A DNA stretch of 64,000 bases from contig OZ249436.1 of assembly GCA_965235115.1 (NCBI GenBank), forward strand, positions 10,416,001-10,480,000. The letters run 5' to 3'. Made by a program: the position numbers and the translations under genes. The notes below the pieces were generated by a model that was given only the letters and a program-made list of their open reading frames with translations, searched no databases and was not told the origin of the DNA. Below, one piece after another: positions 38,801 to 51,936 of this stretch (position 1 is the first letter of the stretch; every line of letters begins with the position of its first letter). This DNA comes from Laetmonice hystrix (lineage: Eukaryota).

Positions 38801-41169
38801 CAGGGTAAGAATCTAAGGCAGTTAACACATCTGCAGGTTTTCCTGTTAGAATTGTAAGACTGATTTTCTGTTTTTACCTAAAACATGCGGGAATATCTGT
38901 ATTTTGATGCCAGGACCATTATGTCTCGGACCATTTCAAGACGGATTGCAGTAAAGGGCCTGTAGAGGAGGGGACCTACCGTTGATGTAAACCCAGCCTT
39001 CTCTGTCTTGTATCCTGACTGAGGGCAGGCATGGTGTGAGAGATCGGGCTCAGTGGTAGACGTCTGTTTTGTTGCGCTGACGGACAAGGCAGACCTGCAG
39101 TCATTGACCTGGGCGACAGGAACCATTGGGAGGTCAATCACTAAGCGATCCAGTGTTTCTGACCTTTCCTATTCACTGTTATTGGAGTCCAACTGAAGAG
39201 AATGAACGTTGAATGTATCCTCATGGTTAGCATTGACGGGTGTCTGCCCCGTACGTAAAACGACAGGGGAGAGGTACCCTTGATTTGGGCGCCGGACTGT
39301 TGTGGTCTTGTTTGGTGCTGCAGCGCACTCCTAGCTCCTGTAGGTTGGTTCTGGGTACAGGGGTTAGCCACTGTCAGGACTCCTTGAAGGAGGAGTTCCA
39401 ATTTTTGGTGGATGATTCAGGGCAATCATGACCTCCTGTGGCTAATATTTCCACGATGGCCAACTCATTGATCTCCTACCTATGGATGCTTAGTCTCCTG
39501 AAGTGGCTGGGTTACAAGTATTCTCTGTAGTTCAGGGAAAGCGTAGTTCCGGTCAGTTCCAATGCTGTCTTCAGAAACGTCTTTTAGATACTAAAGAACA
39601 TCCGAGTATGGCTCCCAGTAAACCCCGGATTGGATTGTGTAGGCAAGAGTCAAAGCCCAGACGTGGAATGTAATCACGGGCTGCCGAGCTTGATATCAAA
39701 GGTTTAATATAGGGCACTGTAGCAGTAAGACAAAGGCTGGACCGAATGCAGCATTAGTCCTGTACAGTTATTGTGTCCAGACCAAGGCGGCACACCTGGC
39801 ATTCTTTTGTCTCCGTGTTTTCTCTTCTGTCAGGAGGACACATGACCGCCAATAGTCTTGGCTGGTACCAAAGGGAACAGGACTTAACATACTGCATCAA
39901 GTTATCATAGCAGTTAATGGCGCATTGACGAGGAATGCTGTATTCCTTTGTTTGTAAGCTCTGATTTGTTTGCCATTAGTGGTTTCAGTTTCAATTCCTT
40001 CCCAACAATTAATGCAAGTAACTTTTCAATCAAACAAGTGGGAGCCCGCGAGTCGGCCAAGAATGTGGTTGCTGCACTGATTGTTGGTGGAGCCGAAACC
40101 GAGTTCTATTATTTTTGAGGATTGGACTTTTAAAGATTATTCAGTTTGCTGGTCAGGTTTTCATCCCCTTTTATCGTTTCTCCGTCATTCATTGTCCTGT
40201 TTAAAACCTTCATTTTAAAAGCTTATACATGTATGTACAAATACATGCATTCCTGATCACGGTAGCAGTCCTGTTTGAGTAAATGATTTTTTTTTTTACA
40301 AATAATCATTGTCTCATGTATTGGAGATGACCTCTGTTACCGATCTCAAGGTCACCAAAGGTTGTCATCATGCGATCAGTTTCCCCGAGTAAGACCTAAT
40401 ATTGTCAGTGCTGCTGGGATCCATAAGGTTCAGTCCCGCCCTACCGATGACGTGGATGTTGGACGTCACAATGCCATCCCAACCCCTGGGGGAGGTCGGA
40501 CCTCTTGTGGACCGATCCCCGGCCTGGGTCGACTCCCAGCCCGCCAGTGCCGTACCGTACCAATTGACCGGGGATCGCATTCCAATCGAGTGTGGCATGA
40601 TGCGATAATTGGTTGATGGAGACTGATCCCAGTGATGGGGACGGCCATTCAGGAGGCTAACTTTGATTCCATGCGTTGATATCAGCCATTGCGGTGAGCC
40701 AATCGTTGACAGCCTCCTCGTCCCGTCATGAACTGATGGAGAGGGAAGGGGGATCCAGACAGCGGCCGCACCTTCCCCATCACCACCCCACACAGACAGC
40801 GCGCAGTCATATCAGACCTCTGATAGACAACAGGAATAAATACATTAGAGACGAGAGAACACAGAATCATGATGATGATGCAGGATGATGACGACGACGA
40901 CGATAATACAATGATAATGGAGATGAGACCCAGCTGTATCGTTACCAAATATTCCCTCCCGACCTCCATCCCTTCTTTGCTTCCTTCTATCCATACTTGC
41001 TGGCCTCTCCCCACCCTTCCTTCCTTTATTGCATCGTTTTTTCGTGTGAGAACCCTGTCCCATGTGGAATTTTCATTTCAGTTTGCCAGTGTCTCTCCGT
41101 GGTTTAGGATCTGAGCCTTTTCATAATCCTGACATTGCTTTGAGACGGTCGTCTTTTCTCCTGTTGCAG

Positions 41170-41262
41170 TTTCCAGTAAGAAGAAAGGAGTTTGGGGGAA
41201 TCTCTCACATTGAATTCTGTCCATCGGCCCCATACAACTATGCTGTCACAAGCTCTTCAAAG
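41170..41262 (+). CDS. UTP15: UTP15 exon 2
   Basis: ctgttgcAG|FPVRRKEFGGISHIEFCPSAPYNYAVTSSSK|GTGAGT; compare human [26 protein letters not shown]. Confidence 0.96.
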
Positions 41263-44200
41263 GTGAGTATCTTCCTTCTTAGCTTGAAACTAATCCTAAG
41301 TTCATGAGCTGTTGATAAGCAGTTATATATGTCATCAGGAACTGGCATTTTGGTAACTTTGTATTGTCAGGTCAAGTAAAGGTATCTGACAGCTGGTATC
41401 TGACATTCTTTATGAATTATAACTGGACAAATATTGTATAAGGACATAGAAATTGATTACTATTCGCTGACTAAATTCCAGTTTACAACTTACTTAAAAC
41501 AAAAAAGTTCAAATTGGGGTAATAAAGAGATGCAAGTTGCTAGAACATTGTAAGTGTGAGAGGCTGGTGTACATGTATTGTCACTGTAGTAGTTTGTTAC
41601 ATAAGACTATGATATCAGATAGATAATTTGAAGAGTTGAAGTATCTATTTCCTGGATGTTTCGATCCTATTAGTGTAGAAAATGACCTGACCGAATGGTG
41701 ATGGGAAGGTCAGCAAATGATATTGAGCAGATGGTTCAAGGCAGTGCTTTACTTTGCCAGCAAGTAGAAATTACCCCCGACTACATGGCCAAGGTCAAGC
41801 CTTTCAATGAGGTCATCAGAGCCAGTATTTGTGGACGGAGAATACTAACAATGACAATAACGGACCATCTGATTGACCTATCTAGCTCCCCGTCACGGCA
41901 CCCACCAACTAAATCCCATTAAGCTGGACATAAGGAGTGCCTTAGGACCACCACTGATTAATTTATGTATCTCCCACAGAATGTAAGCATGAGAAATTCT
42001 GATTGCCCAGTTATAGAAGGTCAGGTCCTTAATATGACATCGGGCACATTTCGATTAGAATGCAAAATTCTAGCATGTAAAATATGTGCGTATTGGTGCT
42101 CAAAGTGACATTGATATTTATGTTACTGACCCCTGAAAGATCCGAGGATGCGTGAACCTTTATAAATATCTCTGAAACACATAGTAGGGTTAACCAGAAC
42201 GGTAAACTGAAAAAAGCCGAAGGTAAGGAATGTCGATGTTTCTTTCCGCACATCAAATATTGGTTCAACAATAGTACAGCAGACTTTGAACAGATAGTGA
42301 CAGACTGTGGAGTACAGTTCATCATTATCAAGCAGTTCTAAAGGTCCTGGGAATCATCACCTCATATTAACAATAAGAAATGGAATTGTTATTGTGAGAC
42401 GTGGATTTAGGGAACCTTGATGTCCTGTTAAGTTCCTAGCATGTGTTTATGTCCTTTCTGGTGCTTCCCACATATACATGTCTGTTTTGTTTCAATAATG
42501 TCAACCAGTCCAATTAGTACGAGTACCGTACGTAAACTGCCTGTCATACATCTATCCTTCATTTTATTGTAGGTTTGAGTGGAATAAAATCACTCTAGTT
42601 TACATTCCAGTGGCACTTTGAACTCGGGAGGGGAGGATAGCGCCAGTGTTTGTACTGTGTGAAATGTTTAGCATCTCGATATTACCTGAAGAGTTTGCTA
42701 TGTGGCAGCAGAGAGTGTCAGAGTGAAGGCGTTCGTGGCAGTCCATCTGTTTGTGGTGATGACATGGAGCTGTGTCTTCAGGTGACAGGTGATTAAAGTT
42801 GGATGACCAGGTCAGCCGCCTCATTCCCCGGGGCCGACGGCAGTCGTACGGCTCGAATTATGCAGCCGTATGAAGATGATATAAGGGGCCCAGGGGAGCA
42901 GCAGGAAAATCAATTTACGATTGCCACCACAATTCATGTTAAACTGGGCAGTGATTCTTTGTGACCGGTACAATTTGTGTGCTTGCTGCTGTGGTGATCA
43001 GTGCGTGGTTGCTTATTTAGCTATGCCTGATGACCTCAATTCTGTAATACAGAGGTCCGATTGGCAATCTCATAACTGCCATCAGCCTGGTATGCAGCAT
43101 GACAGCAGGCCAGCACAAATCAATTTACTATAGCTCAACTAACTTGCAGGCCCTCAATTTACATGGCCCCAGTGTGGCGGTAAGGAATCCCGCTTACTGC
43201 ATTGTTGCCCTAGCCACATCTTTCATACGCCGGCCAATTACCAAAGCAACTAGTGTTAGATGACAATTGATAGCTCGGCGGCCCCTTTCTCAAATTGTGC
43301 ACTCATTGGATGCATCTTTCAAATTGATGAAATGTGCAGATCAGTTGTGGGCTATGGTGATAGGTGTGAAGTCATCTACCAAGTATGGGATGATGGGCGG
43401 GCCGCTGTTGTTACTGCTGCTGCTGCTGTTCTTGCTCTTCCTGCTGCAAGGATCGACCATCGCCCGTACCAATCCGTACGGTTGATTGGCATCACCAGGA
43501 CCAGTTATACACTACAGGTCGTTCTGTCCCCGCGCAGACCCACAACTTTTCTCACAGAGTCATCTGTATAAAGTTTAGACAAGTTTATTGCTACGTGAGG
43601 CTGTAAGAGATCAATAAATTTAGGACAGCTTTAGGAAAGTGCCTCCTGAGAGAGGCAGAAGAATGATGCGTAAGCTGGAAAGGTACAAAGTATAAAATAT
43701 GGCCAATATACCGGTAATATGTTATACCCTGGTGTGAGGACCTTTAGCCTGGATTGATAGACTCTGAAAACTATAGGGATCCTCCTGATTATAGCTACGT
43801 TTTTGCAAACGGGGTTCGAAAATAAATTTCTCATAATACATTGAATCGAGGAAGAAGGTATGATAACATTTAGCAAAAAAAATCCATATTCAGTTTTTCT
43901 TTATAGTTATTTTGATTGCAGTATGAAACGTTACTTGTTTTGAAAGGTTTCTTGGAGCTACTGGTAGGTATGATTCAATATGGTCATGTAGATGGCAGTT
44001 ATATAGAGGCATGCGCCTTATTGATTTTAGTAGATCATAAAGATGATTATTATGAACATTGGATTCATTGATGTTTGGCGTTATTAGTCTGAACTCTGGT
44101 ACAGTTTTGTACTTATCTATTGATTAATTTGTTTGTTTGGTAACGGTTGTTTTGGTAGTCTGATCCAGCAGTAGGTGGATGGAAGAATACGCAATCATTA

Positions 44201-47200
44201 AGAGAGAATTAAGTTCAGTTAATTGTTGGCAGTAGGTGTAGTCTGCGGCATGTAATAACCAGGTGCTGGGTATAGTCATACATGCCAGGTATCACGGTGG
44301 ATCCGGCAGACAAACATCTGGTGAACGTGTTTATGTGGGCAGCACGATTGTTTCCTAGGATGGTCGTCATCTGAGGAGATTTGTGTAAACCCTCGCCAGA
44401 CTGAACGGAGATTGACCAATTGATGTGAGAATAGTTACATTACAGGGGCGGCCGAGAGGTAACTCCCTCCTACAATCAGGGTATGGGCGGAAATAGGCGG
44501 CCGAGACGAGGTGTTGTCATTTCATTAAGTATTAACTCGGGGTAAGTGTCGGGCCGACTTGATCCACATTAAGTGCTGCAGTCAGGGACAGTCGACCGCA
44601 GTTGTCTGCCGCACCAGATGGCATGTAGCAGCATCCACTTGGTCAGATGCCAGTTGGCCGAGCTGCAGTAGGAAACTAATTGGCAACATCAAGACGGCAA
44701 GAAAACATCCCACCCACCCGTAGTCATTGGGATCGATTCGATCACAATCCATGCTGGGCCGATAAGTGACGCGTATTACAAGGCATGATGGGATCGGAAC
44801 CCCCGGGGGCTATTCCAGTTCCCTGGGTGCTGATCTGATTCACGAAGATATTAACTGTGATTCGCGTCGTGTCAGTCAGTGTATCAAGAGGTCCTCTTTG
44901 AGGGTTTAGCCCTGAGCCCACGGTCACATAGGGCTGACAGAGTGGGGTTGTTTTCAGTATCAGTCCCACACTGAAGGCTGCAGGGAGGAGGCCAGCAGGC
45001 ACCGTTGATATCAGGCTATTTAAGGGCGGCACCACTACTCAATCTTCTCCCCGTGAAAATTGAATCTATATTTATAAAGACGCCTCACCAATATGAAGTG
45101 CGTATTGGAGTCAGAATTGGAGCCATCAGCCTCGGTCCACAACACAAAGAACAGAACTCTTGTAGAAACTACAGATTGCATTCTTCAGTTATGTCCGGTA
45201 CCTTAATGTTCAGTTTTGCAATCGAAACTTGTTATTTCACTCCTTCACAGCTAACTGGGATATTTGTAAAATTATTTATTCCAGTCAATATCATCATATA
45301 GCAATGGTTTCTTGATTATCCAAGTATAATGCTATATGCCATACCAGCTTAGATATAAATCTATTGTAAGAAATAGTCGGGTTAGAAAGTAGCCGTTGGT
45401 ATAATCATGTGCAGGTAGTGTAAATGTTGGTCTGATGGTATGTTTGACCGACAGTTGTATGTGCGATGTTATCCGGTCTCCGTTCATCTCGGTATATTTA
45501 GATGTAAGATCATACCCAGCGTTACCAGTAATCTACCAGGTCTTGCCAAGGTTATCTCTCTACTGAAGAGAAGAACAATTTATTTTAAAGATATTAAATG
45601 AATTGGCACAAATTACTGAAGGTTTAAAGCATTTTACGTCCACGAAAAAGTCGCCATATGAAGTATGGTCTATTTAGGTGCATAATCACTATCTTTTGTG
45701 AGGCTTTGCAACCGTCGATGGTGGATTTGTCTTTAATTGCGCCAGTCGTCCGCGCCCCTGTCGTATAAGTGACCAGTGTATGTTTCATTATGAGTATTGT
45801 AATCAGCAGCTGGGCCCTACCTGGGAACACCTCAAGGTTTGACAGTAATGCAGCAGTGTATGTTGACATCGTTCTGGTAATAGCCATTTTTAGAGTTCTC
45901 CGATTTCACACGTATTTAATGTCTTCAGTGTGAATGGCAGAGCGAGGCTGCTGCTATGATTCCCTAGTTGAATGGGGGTGTTCGTAACATATGGTCCGCT
46001 CCACTCTCAGATGTGTAGTTACTCTCTGAATGCAGTCAACACTCTGTTACCGCATAGAGACATTTTTTAACCTAATGACACCAGTGAACTTGTTTTGCCC
46101 ACATTGAAGGCATTAATGTGGCGTGTCTGGGCAATGTATAGTCAGAGTGACAGTTATTGTAGTATGTGACGAGCGCTAGCTACACCTGGACAACAAACAC
46201 CTGTCAACCACTTTCCCCACACCTCGGCCCACAACACAAAGAACAGAACTCATCTCTTAAGAATCGTCCCAGCATATCTTGCAAATTCACTACTATTATC
46301 CGTAATTTCAGGAGATTTTATAGCATGCTTAGTTGTGTGACCGTTTAAGACATTATATTAGTAGCCCTTTGATAGAATTGTTATAGATGCAGACGTTAAA
46401 GATTCGATAGTGTGAAAGAATAAATTACAAGTTTCTAAAAGAGCCAAACAAAGTTAGAAAAAAACATTTATGAATAAATGCCATCCCGCCGCATTACTAA
46501 TCTCTGTATAATCACAGAGGTATAGGTAGTCACTCGAAAAACGTTTGGCTTAAAATTTATTGGTTAATATACAACTAAGACGAGTTAAGAAAGGAGTGCG
46601 GTTGTGCTGGTTTACTCATCCTTCATTCGTACAACATAAAGGAGAATAACCAGTGGGGGTAGGCTGGGTTCACAGAGGTGGCTCTGCTCTGTCCGTTTGT
46701 TTGATATACCATAGTCAACCAACATGGTTTACAGCTTTATTTAGTTAATGGGACGACGAATTTTATGTTGCATATTCATAAAAAAAACGGAAATACAAAT
46801 TGCAGTGTGTTGACCGAACTATTGATTAAAGCAAGGTATAATTGTGTACACAGAAAGATATATATGATGAGGTAATAATAAATGTTAGGAGAGGAAAGAA
46901 AATCTGGATTGCAGTCGTTTTTTTCCTGTAAATGATTACCAGTACGGTACTTTCTAAGTAATGTGTACATGTTTTAGGTAAGATCTTTTTCAACTACCGT
47001 GAATGGCGTCCGCACTACAGTACTGTGATAATCGTAACGTTCGTTGTGTTACGACCAGCCCGGCATTGATTCCATGCGCCCCTCCACATTCACAGAACCG
47101 ACCTGGGTGGCTATGACGACCACGTGAAGTTTCGTCGATCACATCCGACATCGGCCATTTTATGTTTGTTTCTGAGGGTGGTGACCTGCTACTTAAGTTG

Positions 47201-48056
47201 TGGCATGAATTTGTTGGTTTGAAGGAGATGAGGTGTAAAATACATGTGTATTTGTCATGTCCGGGACCCACCAACAATTCGTACAGTTCCTGTTTCAATC
47301 CAGGTGCCATGTCATGTAGTCCTGAATGTCCAGCCTATTGAATACGGTACTGAATACGGTATACGGTTATTGAATACGGTACTGAAGATAAACTAATCAG
47401 TATTACATTGTATTCTGTTTAGTCTCTCGCACCTTATAATTAAACTGGTTTGCTTTCGATTGACATGATTTTGAAATGGCTTCAGAAAGTTCAGGGCTGC
47501 AGAATGTTCAGTGCTCATACAGCCCGTCAATGGTACCGCTTTTTGTATAATTACAGAAATACGATTCTGGGGTCATATAAGACTCATACAAAAAAGGAAC
47601 CACTTTGGTACAGTGTCTGCCTTGATAGATCCATGTGAAAATTGTCCCTATGGTTGCCATTTGGCGAACACATGGCAGTATATGTAGTAATACTAGGCAC
47701 TGGGTGGTTTCAATAACCCACCTCCAGGGGGCAGCCTACCAGGACATACCGCAGAGTTTGATACCTACGGAGCGCAAGTTTTTTTCAACTTCTGTTTTTT
47801 TTTCTTCAGTGTCACAGTGCGTAGTTGGTTTAATGTTGCAGATATAATTTGTTATCCGTCTTTGCTAACGACCGGATTATTGGGTTTCTGCTCTCTGGTA
47901 TGGTAACAAAAGGACGAGAGGCCCGGTTTCTCAGTGGAGTTTTAGTAAAAACTTTCTGCTCAAGCTCTCGAGATGTGAGCATCTCAAGTTTACCTCTCAT
48001 GATTTTGAGCAGTAAATTTCGGGTCCAGACCCACGAAGAAACCCCTTGGTGACATC

Positions 48057-49331
48057 CTACTAGATAACTCGGCGTCCCATCTCACTATCATCGGTCCCCG
48101 CCAGAGTACTAGATAACTCGGAGTCCCATCTCACTATCATCGGTCCCCGCCAGAGTGCTAGATAACTCGGCGTCCCATCTCACTATCATCGGTCCCTGCC
48201 AGAGTACTAGATAACTCGGAGTCCCATCTCACTATCATCGGTCCCCGCCAGAGTACTAGATAACTCGGAGTCCCATCTCACTATCATCGGTCCCCGCCAG
48301 AGTACTAGATAACTCGGAGTCCCATCTCACTATCATCGGTCCCCGCCAGAGTACTAGATAACTCGGAGTCCCATCTCACTATCATCGGTCCCCGCCAGAG
48401 TACTAGATAACTCGGAGTCCCATCTCACTATCATCGGTCCCCGCCAGAGTACTAGATAACTCGGAGTCCCATCTCACTATCATCGGTCCCCGCCAGAGTA
48501 CTAGATAACTCGGAGTCCCATCTCACTATCATCGGTCCCCGCCAGAGTACTAGATAACTCGGAGTCCCATCTCACTGTCATCGGTCCCCGCCAGAGTACT
48601 AGATAACTCGGAGTCCCATCTCACTGTCATCGGTCCCCGCCAGAGTACTAGATAACTCGGAGTCCCATCTCACGGTCATCGGTCCCCGCCAGAGTACTAG
48701 ATAACTCGGAGTCCCATCTCACTATCATCGGTCCCCGCCAGAGTACTAGATAACTGCGAGTCCCATCTCACTATCATCGGTCCCCGCCAGAGTACTAGAT
48801 AACTCGGAGTCCCATCTCACTATCATCGGTCCCTGCCAGAGTACTAGATAACTCGGAGTCCCATCTCACTATCATCGGTCCCCGCCAGAGTACTAGATAA
48901 CTCGGAGTCCCATCTCACTATCATCGGTCCCCGCCAGAGTACTAGATAACTCGGAGTCCCATCTCACTATCATCGGTCCCCGCCAGAGTACTAGATAACT
49001 CGGAGTCCCATCTCACTATCATCGGTCCCTGCCAGAGGACTACATAACTCGGAGTCCCATCTCACTATCATCGGTCCCCGCCAGAGTACTAGATAACTCG
49101 GAGTCCCATCTCACTATCATCGGTCCCCGCCAGAGTACTAGATAACTGCGAGTCCCATCTCACTATCATCGGTCCCTGCCAGAGTACTAGATAACTGGAG
49201 TCCCATCTCACTATCATCGGTCCCCGCCAGAGTACTAGATAACTCGGAGTCCCATCTCACTATCATCGGTCCCCGCCAGAGTACTAGATAACTGGAGTCC
49301 CATCTCACTATCATCGGTCCCCGCCAGAGTC
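48057..49331. repeat. Highly homogeneous 49-bp minisatellite, about 26 copies
   Basis: CTAGATAACTCGGAGTCCCATCTCACTATCATCGGTCCCCGCCAGAGTA head-to-tail (period 48061 to 48110), no unique spacers. Confidence 0.97.
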
Positions 49332-49430
49332 CCCAGTACGGCCACAACGCCTTCCCTGGCGACATTCCGTAATCAGTGGATTGTTTAGTGAGGGCGTGTT
49401 TCACTAACGAAACACTGTTTTTTTTTTCAG

Positions 49431-49615
49431 GTACAAATCTTCAGCTGTGAGGGTAACCAGGTAGTGAAGACCTTCTCTAGGTTCCCTGACGGTGCCAAAT
49501 GTGGAAGTCTGCGGAATGATGGAAAACTTCTGGTTGCTGGCAGCGTCGAGGGCAACATACGGCTATTTGAGGTGACCAACGGCGCCCTGCTCCGCGTCTT
49601 CAAGGGACACAAACG
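49431..49615 (+). CDS. UTP15: UTP15 exon 3
   Basis: Branch point CACTAAC (49402), poly-T, AG|VQIFSCEGNQVVKTFSRFPDGAKCGSLRNDGKLLVAGSVEGNIRLFEVTNGALLRVFKGHK(R)|GTGGGT, phase 2; WD40 repeat matching KTFSRF...R.DG.LLVAGS. Confidence 0.96.
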
Positions 49616-50309
49616 GTGGGTAGTTAGCGACCTCCGAGCTCGTCTTGTGTAGCAGCACAGTTAAAGCGATCCGAAACCGCCACTAGCAATAGGGCCCATG
49701 GATAACCATGGTATAGTGCCTTTTACCTGCCACCATCTAATTCCCACAAAGTCTGTGTGTTAAAAGTAATCCCCGATAGAAACTGACAGTTGCCCGTTTG
49801 CTCACGGCGTCCATCTTGCCGAAATTCACTGCCGTGAGACCTTAAAAAATGGCGTCCCTAGAGCCTACCCCATTCCCCCATCACTGTGTTGGTCAACCAT
49901 CTTCACGGACACTATGTACAATAATGGTTACTGGTGAACTCGGACCATGGTTATCTCGGCCCATGTTGATTACATGACTTCATGTCCCCTTCATGCGTGC
50001 CCTGTCCCAGGCTCCATGCCTCACTCACCCCGACACCCGAGTCAGGTGGTGAAGTCAACAACGGGGCAGCACGGTGCTCCCGACGGGCGTGCACTGGTGG
50101 TTGGACGGGGCCAGACATGCCAATTTGGTCGATCGACAACGTATTGAAAAATCTCTTACCGGGCGCTTAAACGAACAGAAATTCGTCGCAATACCCTCCA
50201 ACGCATGACATGGTGGCTGAAAGCTATTATTTATACGGAGAATTGTCAACTAGAGAATGAAATGTACACTGGTTGGGTCATGGATGGAGTCTGACAGTAG
50301 TGACAGACG

Positions 50310-51075
50310 AGTTACAGTCAAAACGTCCATGACTCCGCATGAGTCAGAACGTCCACGGTGCCGCCGAGTCAGAACGTCCATGCAACATGGTCAGAACGTC
50401 CATACCACTTTGCAACTCACACATATCGACATTTCCTTTCTGCCAATGTCATTGAATGAGCCTTTTTGGGGGCCCTGGCCTCGATGATAGTCGTGACAAT
50501 TACCGTAGTAGATCTAGTACTAAGCGGTGGGTCTTTTTCATGAAACCGACAATCAAAACCGAACGAAACCGAGTTCCTATTGAAGTTTGCCACATCTCTG
50601 AGTAAGGTACTGACGTAGCCTAATGCGTTTCGGGTAGCCAACTGAACTGTTCAGTAAAGATGATCAAACTCAACAACTCGCCCAAAACTAACTAACCCCC
50701 TCACCCTCATGTGCCTCTATATCATTAAAGTTTACCCCATTGCCGACTGATGGGTCTGACATGGCCGCTAGCTGTCTGGGGTGCTGTAGGGAAGGGAGAG
50801 AAGTAACGCTCGGTTTCGTGAAAAAGACCTAGATCTAACGCCTTTTGACTGCTACAAAGTACAAGTCTAGATCGACTATACCCTATAATATATGGCCCCA
50901 TATTAAATATAGTTCCTAAACTTCTTTTGAGACCAACTTCAGTGTACGTGTTTGGACTGTGGTTGTGAGCCAAAAGCATGTACGTTGTGACCTGAAAGCG
51001 TGTACGTTGTGACCGTTTTTGGACGTTGTGACTCATGGACGTTGTGACTCGTGGACGTTCTGACCGGGACCCGTG
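50310..51075. mobile_element. Non-autonomous DNA-transposon-like element with arrays of short inverted repeats
   Basis: Left (G)GTCAGAACGTCC/GAGTCAGAACGTCC copies (50315-50401) are reverse complements of right GGACGTT(G/C)TGAC(C/T)C copies (50990-51066); CTAACCCCC tract inside. Confidence 0.55.
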
Positions 51076-51330
51076 ACAGACTACGGCAGTCTACGGCCGG
51101 GGACATGGCGTGCACTGCCACTGTCAAAGCGTCGGGCTACCGTTCAGCTAGCACACCCAGGCATATCTTCACGAAGGATCAGCACCAAGTCAGTGGTGTG
51201 GTTAGACCTGCTGATCGGTCTCCTAGTACTATGACACGGATAATCTTACTCGCAGCTCTCAGTCTAGACTCTCTGACTACCTTGTAATCCTCACCCGATC
51301 TGACAGCTGGTGGAAACTCGCGGCTCTGGC

Positions 51331-51440
51331 GACGTCACACTTCCGGGTGACCTGACTGTTTTTGATTGGCTAAATCAATCTCCCATGTGATAATGTGATG
51401 TAAAATGGCGCCGAGTTCATTTCTCGGCTAGAGGTACGGT
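51331..51440 (+). promoter_or_regulatory. Promoter-like motif cluster inside UTP15 intron 3
   Basis: GACGTCA, ACTTCCGG (ETS), GATTGGC (CCAAT reverse), AAAATGGCG (YY1) and a GAG|GTACGG donor-like site within 110 bp. Confidence 0.45.
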
Positions 51441-51812
51441 ACTCGTAGTTTAAGGTTGGCATTCTCGTTTATGTAAAACCTATTGACCTGCATTTATTGC
51501 TGATGTTATTCTTTATTGTATAAGGCATATGGGAAGGTATAAGGTAGCTGGATTGTTGCATTTGGCTTTAACGTACCACCCATGGTAACACAATCTAGAT
51601 GTACCCTCCTACATTGCTGCCCAGGGTTCGTTCACACAACTACCCTGAAGGTCTGTTACACAAATATTATCTTACAAATTACTTTAAAATATCTGCACTT
51701 GGAAATTGCAGAGAAGCCTTTAGAGATGCCACTGGATATTTTTAACCTCTATCCAGATTGTTTAAAATGTCAAGAATTATCGAGGCGTAATTTATAAACC
51801 AACTCTCTCTAG

Positions 51813-51936
51813 GCCTGTTGCTGTGACCAAGTTTCTCTCCGACAACGTGCGGCTGCTGTCGGGATCTGACGACCAGAGTGTTCGGATTTGGGACATTGCA
51901 GCCGAGTCGGAGATTGTGTCATACAATGAACATCAG
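51813..51936 (+). CDS. UTP15: UTP15 exon 4
   Basis: ctctctctAG|(R)PVAVTKFLSDNVRLLSGSDDQSVRIWDIAAESEIVSYNEHQ|GTGAGC; phase 2 to 0 fits exons 3 and 5; WD40 repeat. Confidence 0.96.

Noticed and set aside
40340-40800. Several overlapping ORFs suggesting a decayed retroelement
   Set aside because: No gag, RT or endonuclease motif could be identified in any frame.
48057-49331. CRISPR-like appearance of the regular array
   Set aside because: Units are contiguous and near-identical, with no unique spacers and no cas genes; the context is a eukaryotic intron.
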